A DNA stretch of 64,000 nt, from contig JAZNZB010000020.1 of NCBI GenBank assembly GCA_045594705.1, forward strand, positions 4,451-68,450, in the 5' to 3' direction. Source of the stretch: Eubacteriales bacterium. GTDB taxonomy: Bacteria > Bacillota > Clostridia > Oscillospirales > CAG-272. The notes under the pieces are model-generated. The model was not told where the DNA came from. It did no database searches and saw only the letters and a list, made by a program, of their open reading frames with translations. Of the stretch, positions 55,412 to 63,939 are shown piece by piece; positions within the stretch are counted from its first letter, which is position 1; each line of letters starts with the position of its first letter. A program made the position numbers and the translations under genes.

Positions 55412-55544
55412 CGTTGGGATGATATGTTTCGCCATGGGCGAAACGTGATATTTTGCTGTCGCAAAGTGATATTCGCGCTGCGCGCGAGTGAAATGTTTCG
55501 CTGCGCGAAACGTTGTGGTAGAAATTTGCCGGGAGGCAAATTTC
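55403..55544. repeat. Hairpin array, copy 1: six short hairpins separated by GTGA[TA]AT spacers
   Basis: The hairpins are CCCAACtgacGTTGGG, GTTTCGCCatgGGCGAAAC, TTTGCtgtcGCAAA, TCGCGCtgcGCGCGA, GTTTCGCtgcGCGAAAC and GAAATTTGCCgggaGGCAAATTTC. Located between engB and lysA. Confidence 0.85.
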
Positions 55545-55573
55545 AATTTAAATCGTATTTTTGAGGTATTAGT

Positions 55574-56893
55574 ATGCTTCTTTATCCCCATTTTGATATC
55601 AACGAGCAAGGGCATCTGACCGTAGGCGGGCTTGACACCGTACAGCTTGCCGAAGAATTCGGCACACCGGTCAATCTCCTGGACGAGAATTATATCCGCT
55701 CGCAGATGCGCCTTTACAAGGCCTGTGCCGCGCAATATTTCGGCGCAGATGCGCTTCCTCTCTTTGCCTCCAAGGCACTTTGCTGCGCCGAGATCTACCG
55801 CATCGCGGCAGACGAAGGCATGGGCATTGACTGCGTCTCGCCCGGTGAGCTTTATATTGCCGACCGCGTGGACTTCCCCGCAGAGCGCATCTATTTCCAC
55901 GGAAACAACAAGACCGATGCAGACCTTGCCATGGCACTTGACATGGGCGTTGGCACGTTTGTGGTGGACAACCACGAAGAGTTGATCGCTCTTGGCGAGC
56001 TGGCAAGCGCACGCGGCATGCGCGCGCGCATCCTGTTGCGCATTACGCCCGGCATTGACCCGCACACACACAAGGCCATCTCCACAGGCGGTATTGACTC
56101 CAAATTTGGCTCCGCCATCGGAACGGGACAGGCTGAGCAGATCGTCATATCTGCTCTGAACACCCCCGGCATTGATCTGCAGGGTCTGCATTGCCACATC
56201 GGCTCACAGATCTTTGATGCGCAGCCCTTCGTGGACGCTGCCGAGATCATGGTAGCCTTTATGGCTGACATGATCCGCAAGCATAAAGCCCCACTTACCG
56301 AGCTCAATCTGGGCGGCGGTCTTGGCGTAAAATACACCGAGGAGCAGCCCACGCTCGACATTGACGGCACCATGAAAGCCATTGCCGCCAAGGTCAAGGA
56401 TCTTTGCCGTACAAACGGGGTGGAGATGCCCCGCATCATCCTGGAGCCCGGTCGCTCACTGGTAGCTGCGGCAGGCGTGACACTGTATAGCGTGGGATCT
56501 GTCAAGGAGATCCCCGGATTTAAGAATTACGTATCGGTAGACGGCGGCATGGCCGACAATCCAAGATATGCGCTCTACCAGTCGCCCTACACCGCGCTGA
56601 TTGCAAACAAGGCCGACCGCCCTGCAGATTTCTGCGCCACGGTTGCGGGCAGATGCTGCGAATCGGGCGACCTCTTGGGCGAGGGAATGATGCTGCAGCG
56701 TCCCGAAAGAGGCGATATTCTCGCCATGCTGGTCACGGGTGCATATCAGCACTCCATGGCCTCCAACTATAACAAGCTCCCCCGCCCACCGCTGGTCATG
56801 ATCAAGGACGGGCAGGCACGCGTGGTGGTGCGCCGCGAAACCTACGAGGACCTCTTGGCTTATGACGTAACCGATCCAATTTATTCGAGGTAA
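55574..56893 (+). CDS. lysA: Diaminopimelate decarboxylase
   Basis: 439 aa. Orn/DAP/Arg decarboxylase family 2 pattern (...FASKA..., GGGLG, CESGD). Confidence 0.9.
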   Translation: MLLYPHFDINEQGHLTVGGLDTVQLAEEFGTPVNLLDENYIRSQMRLYKACAAQYFGADALPLFASKALCCAEIYRIAADEGMGIDCVSPGELYIADRVDFPAERIYFHGNNKTDADLAMALDMGVGTFVVDNHEELIALGELASARGMRARILLRITPGIDPHTHKAISTGGIDSKFGSAIGTGQAEQIVISALNTPGIDLQGLHCHIGSQIFDAQPFVDAAEIMVAFMADMIRKHKAPLTELNLGGGLGVKYTEEQPTLDIDGTMKAIAAKVKDLCRTNGVEMPRIILEPGRSLVAAAGVTLYSVGSVKEIPGFKNYVSVDGGMADNPRYALYQSPYTALIANKADRPADFCATVAGRCCESGDLLGEGMMLQRPERGDILAMLVTGAYQHSMASNYNKLPRPPLVMIKDGQARVVVRRETYEDLLAYDVTDPIYSR

Positions 56894-56896
56894 ATT

Positions 56897-57607
56897 ATGT
56901 TACTTTCTTTACTTTCCGAGGGCTTCAGCCGCGATGCGTTGATCTCGGTGCTGCTCTCTCTTCCCGTAATCGTACTCTCTCTGTGCCTGCATGAAACGGC
57001 GCACGGCTGGGTGGCTTATAAGCTGGGTGACCCGACTGCCCGCAACCTGGGCAGACTGACGCTCAACCCGCTCAAGCATCTGGATCCTATTGGATTTATC
57101 TTCATGCTGCTGTTTGGGATCGGCTGGGCAAAGCCCGTACCCATCAATACGCGTCACTTCAAAAATCCGCGTGTAGGCATGGCACTTTCCGGCATTGCAG
57201 GCCCTGTGTCCAATCTGCTGCTCGGCTTTCTGGGCATGGTACTGTACGTGCTGACCGTCGTGATCTGCATCGTTGCAGGCGTTGACCCCTGGGCAATCGT
57301 GTGGATCAAGGTACTGCTTCTGTTCTTAGATGCGCTTGCTTTTCTCAATATCGCCCTTGCCGTATTCAATCTCATTCCCGTACCTCCGTTTGACGGATCG
57401 CGCTTTGCATACGTATTCCTGCCGACAAAGTGGTACTTCAAGGTCATGCAGTATGAGCGCTACACGGGTATTGTGATCATGGCGATCATTTTTATCCTTT
57501 CCCGCATTGGATACAATCCTATCGGCATCGTGGTAGGCTTCATCATGGACAACACCATGAATCTTCTGACATTTTTGGCAACTCTCCTGCTCAACCTGAT
57601 TCTTTGA
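56897..57607 (+). CDS. Site-2 protease family (peptidase M50) membrane metalloprotease
   Basis: HETAHGW HExxH motif in a TM helix. Polytopic. NLIPVPPFDGS motif. Confidence 0.85.
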   Translation: MLLSLLSEGFSRDALISVLLSLPVIVLSLCLHETAHGWVAYKLGDPTARNLGRLTLNPLKHLDPIGFIFMLLFGIGWAKPVPINTRHFKNPRVGMALSGIAGPVSNLLLGFLGMVLYVLTVVICIVAGVDPWAIVWIKVLLLFLDALAFLNIALAVFNLIPVPPFDGSRFAYVFLPTKWYFKVMQYERYTGIVIMAIIFILSRIGYNPIGIVVGFIMDNTMNLLTFLATLLLNLIL

Positions 57608-57623
57608 CAGTGGACGGTACAGT

Positions 57624-58418
57624 ATGGCTGAATTAAAGTATAAAATTGAATCCTTTGACTTTGACGGTCCCTTGGATCTGCTTTTGACGCTGATCCAAAA
57701 AAACAAGGTCAGCATCGAGGATATTCCGATCGCGCTGATCTGCGACCAATATATCGCTTACATCGCGCAGGCGCAGAAGCTTGACTTAGAGGTTGCCTCC
57801 GAATTCCTGGTCATGGCCAGTGAGCTGATCCTGATCAAGACCAAAATGCTGCTCCCGCGTGACGAAAAGGCCGACGAAAAGGACCCCCGCGCAGAGCTGG
57901 CCGATGCGTTGCTGAAATACCAGCAGGCCAAGGAGGGGGCTGCCAAGCTCAAGCTCAGATACGAGCGATACAGCGGCAGAATGGTCAAGGATACCGACGA
58001 AATTTCGATCGACAAGACCTTTGTGGACGACCAACAGGTCACCTCTCTTTGCGCAGCAGTGCGTCGCATCATTGCCTACAACGAGGCAAACCAAGGCAAC
58101 GAGAAGGTAGTCTTCTCCCCTATGATCTCCAAGCCGATCGTACCGGTTGAGGCTAAGATCGTGGGTATTTTGCACCGCATGCAGAAAAAGGAATGGACCC
58201 CCATGGAGGAGCTGCTCTCGGACTCGGTGTCTCATGCCGACATGATCGCCATATTTTTAGGCGTTCTGGAGCTGCTTAAGGTGCGAGACATTCTGCTTGA
58301 CGACGAGGATGCCGACGAGCACTCGCTCTATCGCTCCAACGCAAGACTTCGTATCAATCCCATTCCCGCCGACCAACGCCAACCCCAAAGCCAAGACAGT
58401 GAGGTAACTACAGCATGA
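57624..58418 (+). CDS. scpA: Segregation and condensation protein A
   Basis: FDGPLDLLLTLIQKNKVSIEDIPIA N-terminus is typical of ScpA. Overlaps scpB by 4 nt. Confidence 0.9.
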   Translation: MAELKYKIESFDFDGPLDLLLTLIQKNKVSIEDIPIALICDQYIAYIAQAQKLDLEVASEFLVMASELILIKTKMLLPRDEKADEKDPRAELADALLKYQQAKEGAAKLKLRYERYSGRMVKDTDEISIDKTFVDDQQVTSLCAAVRRIIAYNEANQGNEKVVFSPMISKPIVPVEAKIVGILHRMQKKEWTPMEELLSDSVSHADMIAIFLGVLELLKVRDILLDDEDADEHSLYRSNARLRINPIPADQRQPQSQDSEVTTA

Positions 58419-59077
58419 ATGAACAACAAATGCCTACCATAACCGATATCGGCGAAGCCATTGAGGCCATTCTGTTTGCCGCAGGCTATCCCGTCAAATA
58501 CGATAAGCTCGCAGAGGTGCTGGGCTTAACCCCGGATGACGTCAGACTGTTTTGCGAGCACATGGCAACCGAATATGAAAAGTCCGGCCGCGGCATTCTG
58601 ATGCTGTGCCTGCCCGAGACCTGCCAGCTGACCACCAAGGAGCAATACATGCCCTACATCCGCGAGGCCCTTGGCATCAAGAGAGGCGGCAACCTTTCCG
58701 CATCCTCTCTGGAGGTGCTTGCCATCGTGGCATACAACCAACCCGTGACCCGCGCCTACGTGGACGCAGTGCGCGGTGTGGACTCCTCTTATGCCGTCGG
58801 CTCTCTTCTCGACAAAAACCTGATCGAGGCTTGCGGCAGACTGGACGCTCCCGGCCGTCCCATGCTTTACGTCACCACAGATAAATTCTTGCGTGTGTTT
58901 GGCTTGAATTCGCTTTCCGAGCTGCCCGAGACCGAGGCACTGAGCATTGCAGCCGCACAGGCAGACGCAAATGCCGAGGCTTCCGAGGCCGAAGAAGAGA
59001 CAGCAGATGCCGAAGAGGCTCTGCCCGAGGGGGAATATACCGAGGTCAGCGAGGACGACGCTCGCGCAGAGGTCTGA
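58415..59077 (+). CDS. scpB: Segregation and condensation protein B
   Basis: EAILFAAG.P... and LSASSLEVLAIVAYNQPVTRAYVDAVRGV winged-helix pattern. Acidic C-terminal tail. Confidence 0.9.
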   Translation: MNEQQMPTITDIGEAIEAILFAAGYPVKYDKLAEVLGLTPDDVRLFCEHMATEYEKSGRGILMLCLPETCQLTTKEQYMPYIREALGIKRGGNLSASSLEVLAIVAYNQPVTRAYVDAVRGVDSSYAVGSLLDKNLIEACGRLDAPGRPMLYVTTDKFLRVFGLNSLSELPETEALSIAAAQADANAEASEAEEETADAEEALPEGEYTEVSEDDARAEV

Positions 59078-59087
59078 GCAATGCGCC

Positions 59088-59240
59088 CAACGCAAGCGTT
59101 GAATGCATCTCAATGAAATATTTTGCCATGGGCAAAATGAGAAATTTTTGCTTCGCAAAAGTGAAATTCGCGCACCGCGCGAGTGAAATGTCCCGCTGAA
59201 CGCGGAACGTTATGGTAGAAATTTGCCGATGGCAAATTTC
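59088..59240. repeat. Hairpin array, copy 2, colinear with copy 1
   Basis: The hairpins are CAACGCaaGCGTTG, TTTTGCCatgGGCAAAA, TTTTGCttcGCAAAA, TCGCGCaccGCGCGA, GTCCCGCtgaacGCGGAAC and GAAATTTGCCgatGGCAAATTTC, separated by GTGAAAT spacers. Located between scpB and the DUF2953 gene. Confidence 0.85.
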
Positions 59241-59266
59241 CGATTTTTCACGGAAAGGAGGTCGCC

Positions 59267-60055
59267 ATGCCGCCCGCTATCAAGATTTTGCTGATCATAC
59301 TTGCTTTCATCGCTGCTTTTGTTGCCGTGCTTGTGCTCTTGCTGCTGCTCTTGCGCGTCAAGATCAAGATCGGCTACAGAGATACGTTTTCATTTAAGCT
59401 GTACGTGGGAGGAATTCGCGTCGCCTCTCTTCCCCGTCCTCCCAAAAAGCTGCGCAGATTGCGCACCTATACCAAGAAAAAAGCCGCGCGTGCCGCTGCC
59501 AAGTATGCACGCCGCCCCGAGGACTATTTGGAAATGGTCCGCCAAAACGCACTTTACCGCGCGCTGATGCAAAAGCGTGCCGAGAAAAAGGCGCAAAAAA
59601 AGAAAGCTCCCGCCAAGGCAGCCGCGCCCAAGCCCAAGCAGCCCGAGGATAAGCTGAATATTGAGATCCTGTTACAGATGATCGCGGAGATCATCGATGC
59701 CTTCTTTGAGGGCACGCGCAAGGGATTGCATATCCACGTCTGTCGTCTGCACGTGCGCGTTGTCGGCAAGGACGCCGCGCAGACTGCGCTGATCTGCGGA
59801 GGGCTTTGGGCAGCGCTCTCCAATCTGCTTGCTGTGCTGGACGCACACGCCAGACTGCGTGTGAGCAAAGCCGACGTCAGCATCGTACCCGACTACACGG
59901 GCGAGAAGACAAAAACCGACTTTTCGCTGATCATCTCGTTCGGCATCGTTCGCACACTGCACACGCTGCTCTCGCTGCTCCCCATCATCCTGAAGCACAA
60001 AAATTCGCTATTCATCAAGGCAAATCCCACACAACCAACCGAGCAAAAACAATGA
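59267..60055 (+). CDS. DUF2953/YtfI-like sporulation membrane protein
   Basis: N-terminal TM helix and a basic low-complexity segment. Sits immediately upstream of ytfJ, as in Bacillus ytfI-ytfJ. Family assignment rests on context only. Confidence 0.5.
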   Translation: MPPAIKILLIILAFIAAFVAVLVLLLLLLRVKIKIGYRDTFSFKLYVGGIRVASLPRPPKKLRRLRTYTKKKAARAAAKYARRPEDYLEMVRQNALYRALMQKRAEKKAQKKKAPAKAAAPKPKQPEDKLNIEILLQMIAEIIDAFFEGTRKGLHIHVCRLHVRVVGKDAAQTALICGGLWAALSNLLAVLDAHARLRVSKADVSIVPDYTGEKTKTDFSLIISFGIVRTLHTLLSLLPIILKHKNSLFIKANPTQPTEQKQ

Positions 60056-60065
60056 ATTTACATAT

Positions 60066-60548
60066 ATGAAAGGAACACTCAGTATGTCTTCTGAAAACAA
60101 CAAGATCCAAGAGATCATCAAGGAATCCCTGGAAAACATCCGCTCGATCATCGATGCAAACACCGTCATCGGTACTCCCATGGAGACCTCCAACGGCGTA
60201 ACCATCATTCCCGTATCCAAGATCACCATGGGCTTTGCCTCGGGTGGCGTGGATTTTGACGGCAAAAAGGAATCCAGCACCGCAAAGAACTTCGGCGGTG
60301 GCGGCGGCACCGGACTTTCGGTTCAGCCCGTCGGCTTTTTGGTCGTCTCTCACGAGGGCCGCGTGGAAATGATCAACGTAGGCCAGAAGGCGCCCAAGGA
60401 CACCATTGAGCAGGTGGCAGATCTGCTTGAGCGCACGCCCGATATCGTATACCGTCTCAAGGTCATTTTCGATAAATTCAACGAAATGAAGCAGGACGGT
60501 GAGCCCCTGCCCAAAATCAGTCCCGAAACCGAAAACGAGCAGGAATAA
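60066..60548 (+). CDS. ytfJ: GerW/YtfJ family sporulation protein
   Basis: ...VIGTPMETSNGVTIIPVSKITMGFASGG...GGGGGTGLSVQPVGFLVV... is the characteristic YtfJ core. Confidence 0.85.
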   Translation: MKGTLSMSSENNKIQEIIKESLENIRSIIDANTVIGTPMETSNGVTIIPVSKITMGFASGGVDFDGKKESSTAKNFGGGGGTGLSVQPVGFLVVSHEGRVEMINVGQKAPKDTIEQVADLLERTPDIVYRLKVIFDKFNEMKQDGEPLPKISPETENEQE

Positions 60549-60609
60549 GACATACTCTCCCTCTTACAGCCGTATATTGTAACAAATACGGCTTTCCAAT
60601 GGGGGTACT

Positions 60610-61779
60610 ATGCAAAAAAAACCGATCCTGCGCGCCTTCTGTGCGCTGCTTTGTCTTGTCCTTTGTATGGGTGCACTATGCCTTCCTGCAGGCGCGCTGA
60701 CCTTTGACGTCACACCGGGCACTCCCGTATATGCGGGCAGTGCGATCATGATCGAGGCGGAGAGTGGTCGCGTGCTATACGAGCAGCATGCGCACACGCG
60801 CATGCCCATGGCATCCACCACCAAGATCATGACCGCGCTTGTGGTGCTGGAGAGGTGCGATCTGCAGGCAACCGTATGCATAGACGAGCGCGCGGTGGGC
60901 ACCGAAGGCTCTTCGGTCTATCTGTATCCGGGTGAGCTGTTGACAATCGAGCAGCTGCTTTACGCGCTCATGCTCTCCTCTGCCAACGATGCCGCAGCCG
61001 CACTTGCCTACGAGGTGGCGGGCAGCATTGAAGGCTTTGCTGCACTGATGAACCAAAAGGCCAAGGATCTGGGGCTTCTCAATACGCATTTTGCCAATCC
61101 TCACGGGCTTGACGCAAGTGGGCACTATACCACCGCCTACGATCTTGCCTGCATTACCGCGCACGCACTGGAGAACGAGGATTTTTTGCGCATTGTTTCC
61201 ACACAAAAAAAGGTGATCCCTCTGCGTGAGCAACAGGGTGCCCGCGTGCTGCGCAATCATAACAGGCTGCTTGCCTCATACCAAGGGTGCATCGGCGTCA
61301 AAACCGGATTTACCAAAAAGAGCGGACGTTGCCTGGTCAGTGCGGCTGAGCGCGACGGTGTGCGCCTGATCTGTGTCACGCTGGATTGCCCCGATGACTG
61401 GCGCACGCACACGTCACTTTTAGACAGCGGCTTTGCTGCTTACGAGCGCGTCGGGCTGACCGAAGCCGGCGCATACATGACCTCCCTGCCCGTGGTGGGA
61501 GGCACGCAAAGCGCGCTCTATCTGCATGCCGACACGGATATATCGGTCACGCTGCCGCGCAACCGAGGCGAGATCGCATGCCATATTCAAGCCTCGCATT
61601 TTTTGTATGCGCCCATCAAGGCGGGCGAATACGTGGGCGACGTGGTCTGGATGCTGGACGGCGAGGAGATCGCCCGCGCACCGCTATATGCCGCATATGA
61701 GGTACAAGCGCGCAGAAGCGAACGCGCACTGCCGCGCTGGTTGCGCGCACTATTGATTAAATTGAAGGAACTTTTATGA
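60610..61779 (+). CDS. D-alanyl-D-alanine carboxypeptidase (peptidase S11, PBP5/DacB-like)
   Basis: Signal peptide, SxxK (ASTTKIMT), SxN (SANDAA), KTG (KTGFT). Confidence 0.9.
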   Translation: MQKKPILRAFCALLCLVLCMGALCLPAGALTFDVTPGTPVYAGSAIMIEAESGRVLYEQHAHTRMPMASTTKIMTALVVLERCDLQATVCIDERAVGTEGSSVYLYPGELLTIEQLLYALMLSSANDAAAALAYEVAGSIEGFAALMNQKAKDLGLLNTHFANPHGLDASGHYTTAYDLACITAHALENEDFLRIVSTQKKVIPLREQQGARVLRNHNRLLASYQGCIGVKTGFTKKSGRCLVSAAERDGVRLICVTLDCPDDWRTHTSLLDSGFAAYERVGLTEAGAYMTSLPVVGGTQSALYLHADTDISVTLPRNRGEIACHIQASHFLYAPIKAGEYVGDVVWMLDGEEIARAPLYAAYEVQARRSERALPRWLRALLIKLKELL

Positions 61780-62510
61780 ACGAACCGATCAGACTTTCCA
61801 AATACTTTACCGATTGCGGCGTGCTTTCGCGTCGCGCGGCTGAGGAAGAAATCAAAAAAGGCCGTGTCAAGGTCAACGGCGTTGTGGCCGAGTTGGGGCA
61901 AAAAATCACACCCGGGCTTGACGTGGTGGAATACGGCGGCAAAAAAATTATGCCCCCCAAGCAGACGGGCAAGGTATATCTTATGCTCAACAAGCCGCGC
62001 GGCTTTGTGACCACCATGTCGGACGAGAAGGGGCGTCCTACCGTGGCTACGCTGACCAAGTCCGTCGGCACGCGCGTCTATCCCGTGGGCAGACTGGACA
62101 TGGATTCGTCCGGGCTATTGCTCATGACCAACGACGGTGAGCTGGCTAACCGCCTGACCCATCCGCGCCATGATATTCCCAAGATCTATCACGTGCTGGT
62201 GGCGGGCCATCCCACCACGGCACAAATGACCGGGCTTGCCTCCCCTGCCGATCTGGACGGCTATATCACACAGCCCATCCGCGTACATAAGCTTGCACAG
62301 GGTGAACATGAAACCCTGCTTGAAATGACGCTTTACGAGGGGCGCAACCGCCAGATCCGCCGCATCTGCGAGATGCAGAATTTGCGCGTCAAGCAGCTGG
62401 TGCGTGTCGCAATTGGCGAACTGGAACTGGGTGAGCTGCCCGAGGGCAAATATGTGCGACTGACAAGCAATCAGGTCGCATATCTGAAAGGAGAGAAAGA
62501 TCATGTTTAA
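61776..62510 (+). CDS. rluB: Pseudouridine synthase, RsuA/RluB family, with an S4 domain
   Basis: N-terminal S4 domain (RLSKYFTDCGVLSRRAAEEEI) and catalytic GRLDMDSSGLLL. Confidence 0.85.
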   Translation: MNEPIRLSKYFTDCGVLSRRAAEEEIKKGRVKVNGVVAELGQKITPGLDVVEYGGKKIMPPKQTGKVYLMLNKPRGFVTTMSDEKGRPTVATLTKSVGTRVYPVGRLDMDSSGLLLMTNDGELANRLTHPRHDIPKIYHVLVAGHPTTAQMTGLASPADLDGYITQPIRVHKLAQGEHETLLEMTLYEGRNRQIRRICEMQNLRVKQLVRVAIGELELGELPEGKYVRLTSNQVAYLKGEKDHV

Positions 62511-62898
62511 GGTTGTACCGATTCAGGACAAGCAGACACAAGAACAATACTGCCGGACCTGCGGTGTGGAATATCTGCCCGAGGATTTTTGCTACAGCGT
62601 CTGGGACGAGGGCATCTTTTCGGGTGTTTGCCAATTCAATATTTATGCCGATCACGGCGAGGTGCACACGCTGATCTCGCTGCCCGACGTGGACGCTTAT
62701 CAGGCCATGTTCACCGCAGGCCGCGCTGCGCTTAATTTCATTGACCTTTGCGACGTGCACCTGGCATATTTTACGGGCGAGGTACAGGACGAGGGCATGA
62801 TCAAGGCCATCGGCTTTCGTAAAAACGCACAAGGAGCATGGGAGATGGATCTGACGGGATTCTTCACCAAGCCCTGCTCCTGCAAGAATGAATCTTAG
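62503..62898 (+). CDS. Hypothetical protein (131 aa)
   Basis: The ATG overlaps the rluB 3' end. Reads as coding. No motif recognised. Confidence 0.5.
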   Translation: MFKVVPIQDKQTQEQYCRTCGVEYLPEDFCYSVWDEGIFSGVCQFNIYADHGEVHTLISLPDVDAYQAMFTAGRAALNFIDLCDVHLAYFTGEVQDEGMIKAIGFRKNAQGAWEMDLTGFFTKPCSCKNES

Positions 62899-62908
62899 CA
62901 AAAAATGA

Positions 62909-62937
62909 TTGACAGATAACGGAAAATCGTTTATAAT
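62909..62937 (+). promoter_or_regulatory. Consensus sigma-A promoter for the 62973..63830 gene
   Basis: TTGACA, 17 nt, TATAAT. Both hexamers are perfect. Confidence 0.7.
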
Positions 62938-62972
62938 AAACTCATAAACCCCAAAATACAAGGAGGATCATC

Positions 62973-63830
62973 ATGAAAAAATTGTTAGCTGTTCTGATGT
63001 GCGCACTGATGCTGGCTGCTTGCCTGTCTCTTGGCGCATACGCAAACGAAGAAACCACAGCGGCAGATGAGACCACTGCCGCAGAAGAAGCCACTACCGA
63101 AGAAGGCGCGACCGTTGAGCGCACTGCTGACAGAGTCGTATTCAATGGCGACCTGGCATCCAGACCCAACTGCATCGTCGGCATGAGCGGTCTTGCTAAG
63201 GGCAGCGGTCTTTCCAAAAAGGGCGAATGGGAAGGTGTCAAGGTTAACATCCAAGAACCCACGGACCCCAACTTCACCTTTGATTACAAGGCATATTGCA
63301 AAAAGTACGACCTGACCCCCATGAACGGTGAGGACGTCGGCTACATCGTTCTGAAGGTTCTGGTTCCCGAAGACGGCTTTTACGACGACATTGAAATCTT
63401 CTACGGGTCAGGCGACATCACCGGTGCAACGGCGGGATATTCCGTAACCAGTGAATACTGCGGCGAGGGCAACGGATTCGTATACTTCATCTACAACCTT
63501 GACGGCTTGTGGGAAGGCGCGGTCAACATGTTCAGAATTGACCCTGTGGGCATGGACGAGGGCGAATTGCTTTACATCATGGAGCTTGCAATGTTCAAGA
63601 CCGAGGATGAGGCAATTACCTGGTGCGACTTTGACGAGGAAGAGACCGAAGAGCCCACCACCGAGGCTCCCACCACCGAAGCACCCACCACTGAGGCTCC
63701 CACCACCGAAGCAGGCACCAGACCTCCCAGAGAGGAAAAGGAAGAGGGCTGCGGCGGCGTGATCGGTGCAGGCGTTGTTGCTCTGGCTTTGATCTCCCTG
63801 GGTGCTGTTTGCATCAAGAAGAGAGACTGA
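62973..63830 (+). CDS. Secreted protein with (PTTEA)4 linker and a Cys-containing C-terminal membrane anchor
   Basis: AAGGAGG RBS. Signal peptide MKKLLAVLMCALMLAACLSLGAYA. C-terminus ...EEKEEGCGGVIGAGVVALALISLGAVCIKKRD. Consensus promoter at 62909..62937. Confidence 0.8.
   Translation: MKKLLAVLMCALMLAACLSLGAYANEETTAADETTAAEEATTEEGATVERTADRVVFNGDLASRPNCIVGMSGLAKGSGLSKKGEWEGVKVNIQEPTDPNFTFDYKAYCKKYDLTPMNGEDVGYIVLKVLVPEDGFYDDIEIFYGSGDITGATAGYSVTSEYCGEGNGFVYFIYNLDGLWEGAVNMFRIDPVGMDEGELLYIMELAMFKTEDEAITWCDFDEEETEEPTTEAPTTEAPTTEAPTTEAGTRPPREEKEEGCGGVIGAGVVALALISLGAVCIKKRD
63654..63713 (+). repeat. Four tandem 15-bp coding repeats (PTTEA)
   Basis: CCCACCACCGAGGCT and CCCACCACCGAAGCA alternate four times. 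Confidence 0.9.
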
Positions 63831-63885
63831 TCCCAAATAAACGCAAGAAACGGCAGGAAATGGGGCTGCTGAATTAGCGGTAAAA

Positions 63886-63930
63886 AGAGAGAGTCATGCG
63901 AAAAGACATTTCGCAAAGCTCTCTCTTTTT
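63886..63930 (+). terminator. Intrinsic terminator after the 62973..63830 gene
   Basis: AGAGAGAG...CTCTCTCT stem with a nested GCGAAA/TTCGC hairpin, followed by TTTTT. Confidence 0.65.
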
Positions 63931-63939
63931 GCTATATGA

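Noticed and set aside
55403-55544. The periodic repeat/spacer appearance of the hairpin arrays could be mistaken for a mini CRISPR array.
   Set aside because: The conserved unit is only 7 nt and the variable units are 14-24-nt palindromes. The period is ~22-24 nt, there are at most six units, and no cas genes or leader are present. It is a structured repeat, not a CRISPR array.
55412-55573. A lysine riboswitch (L-box) upstream of lysA.
   Set aside because: The region is fully accounted for by the hairpin array. No L-box-like multi-helix junction or conserved core could be drawn.
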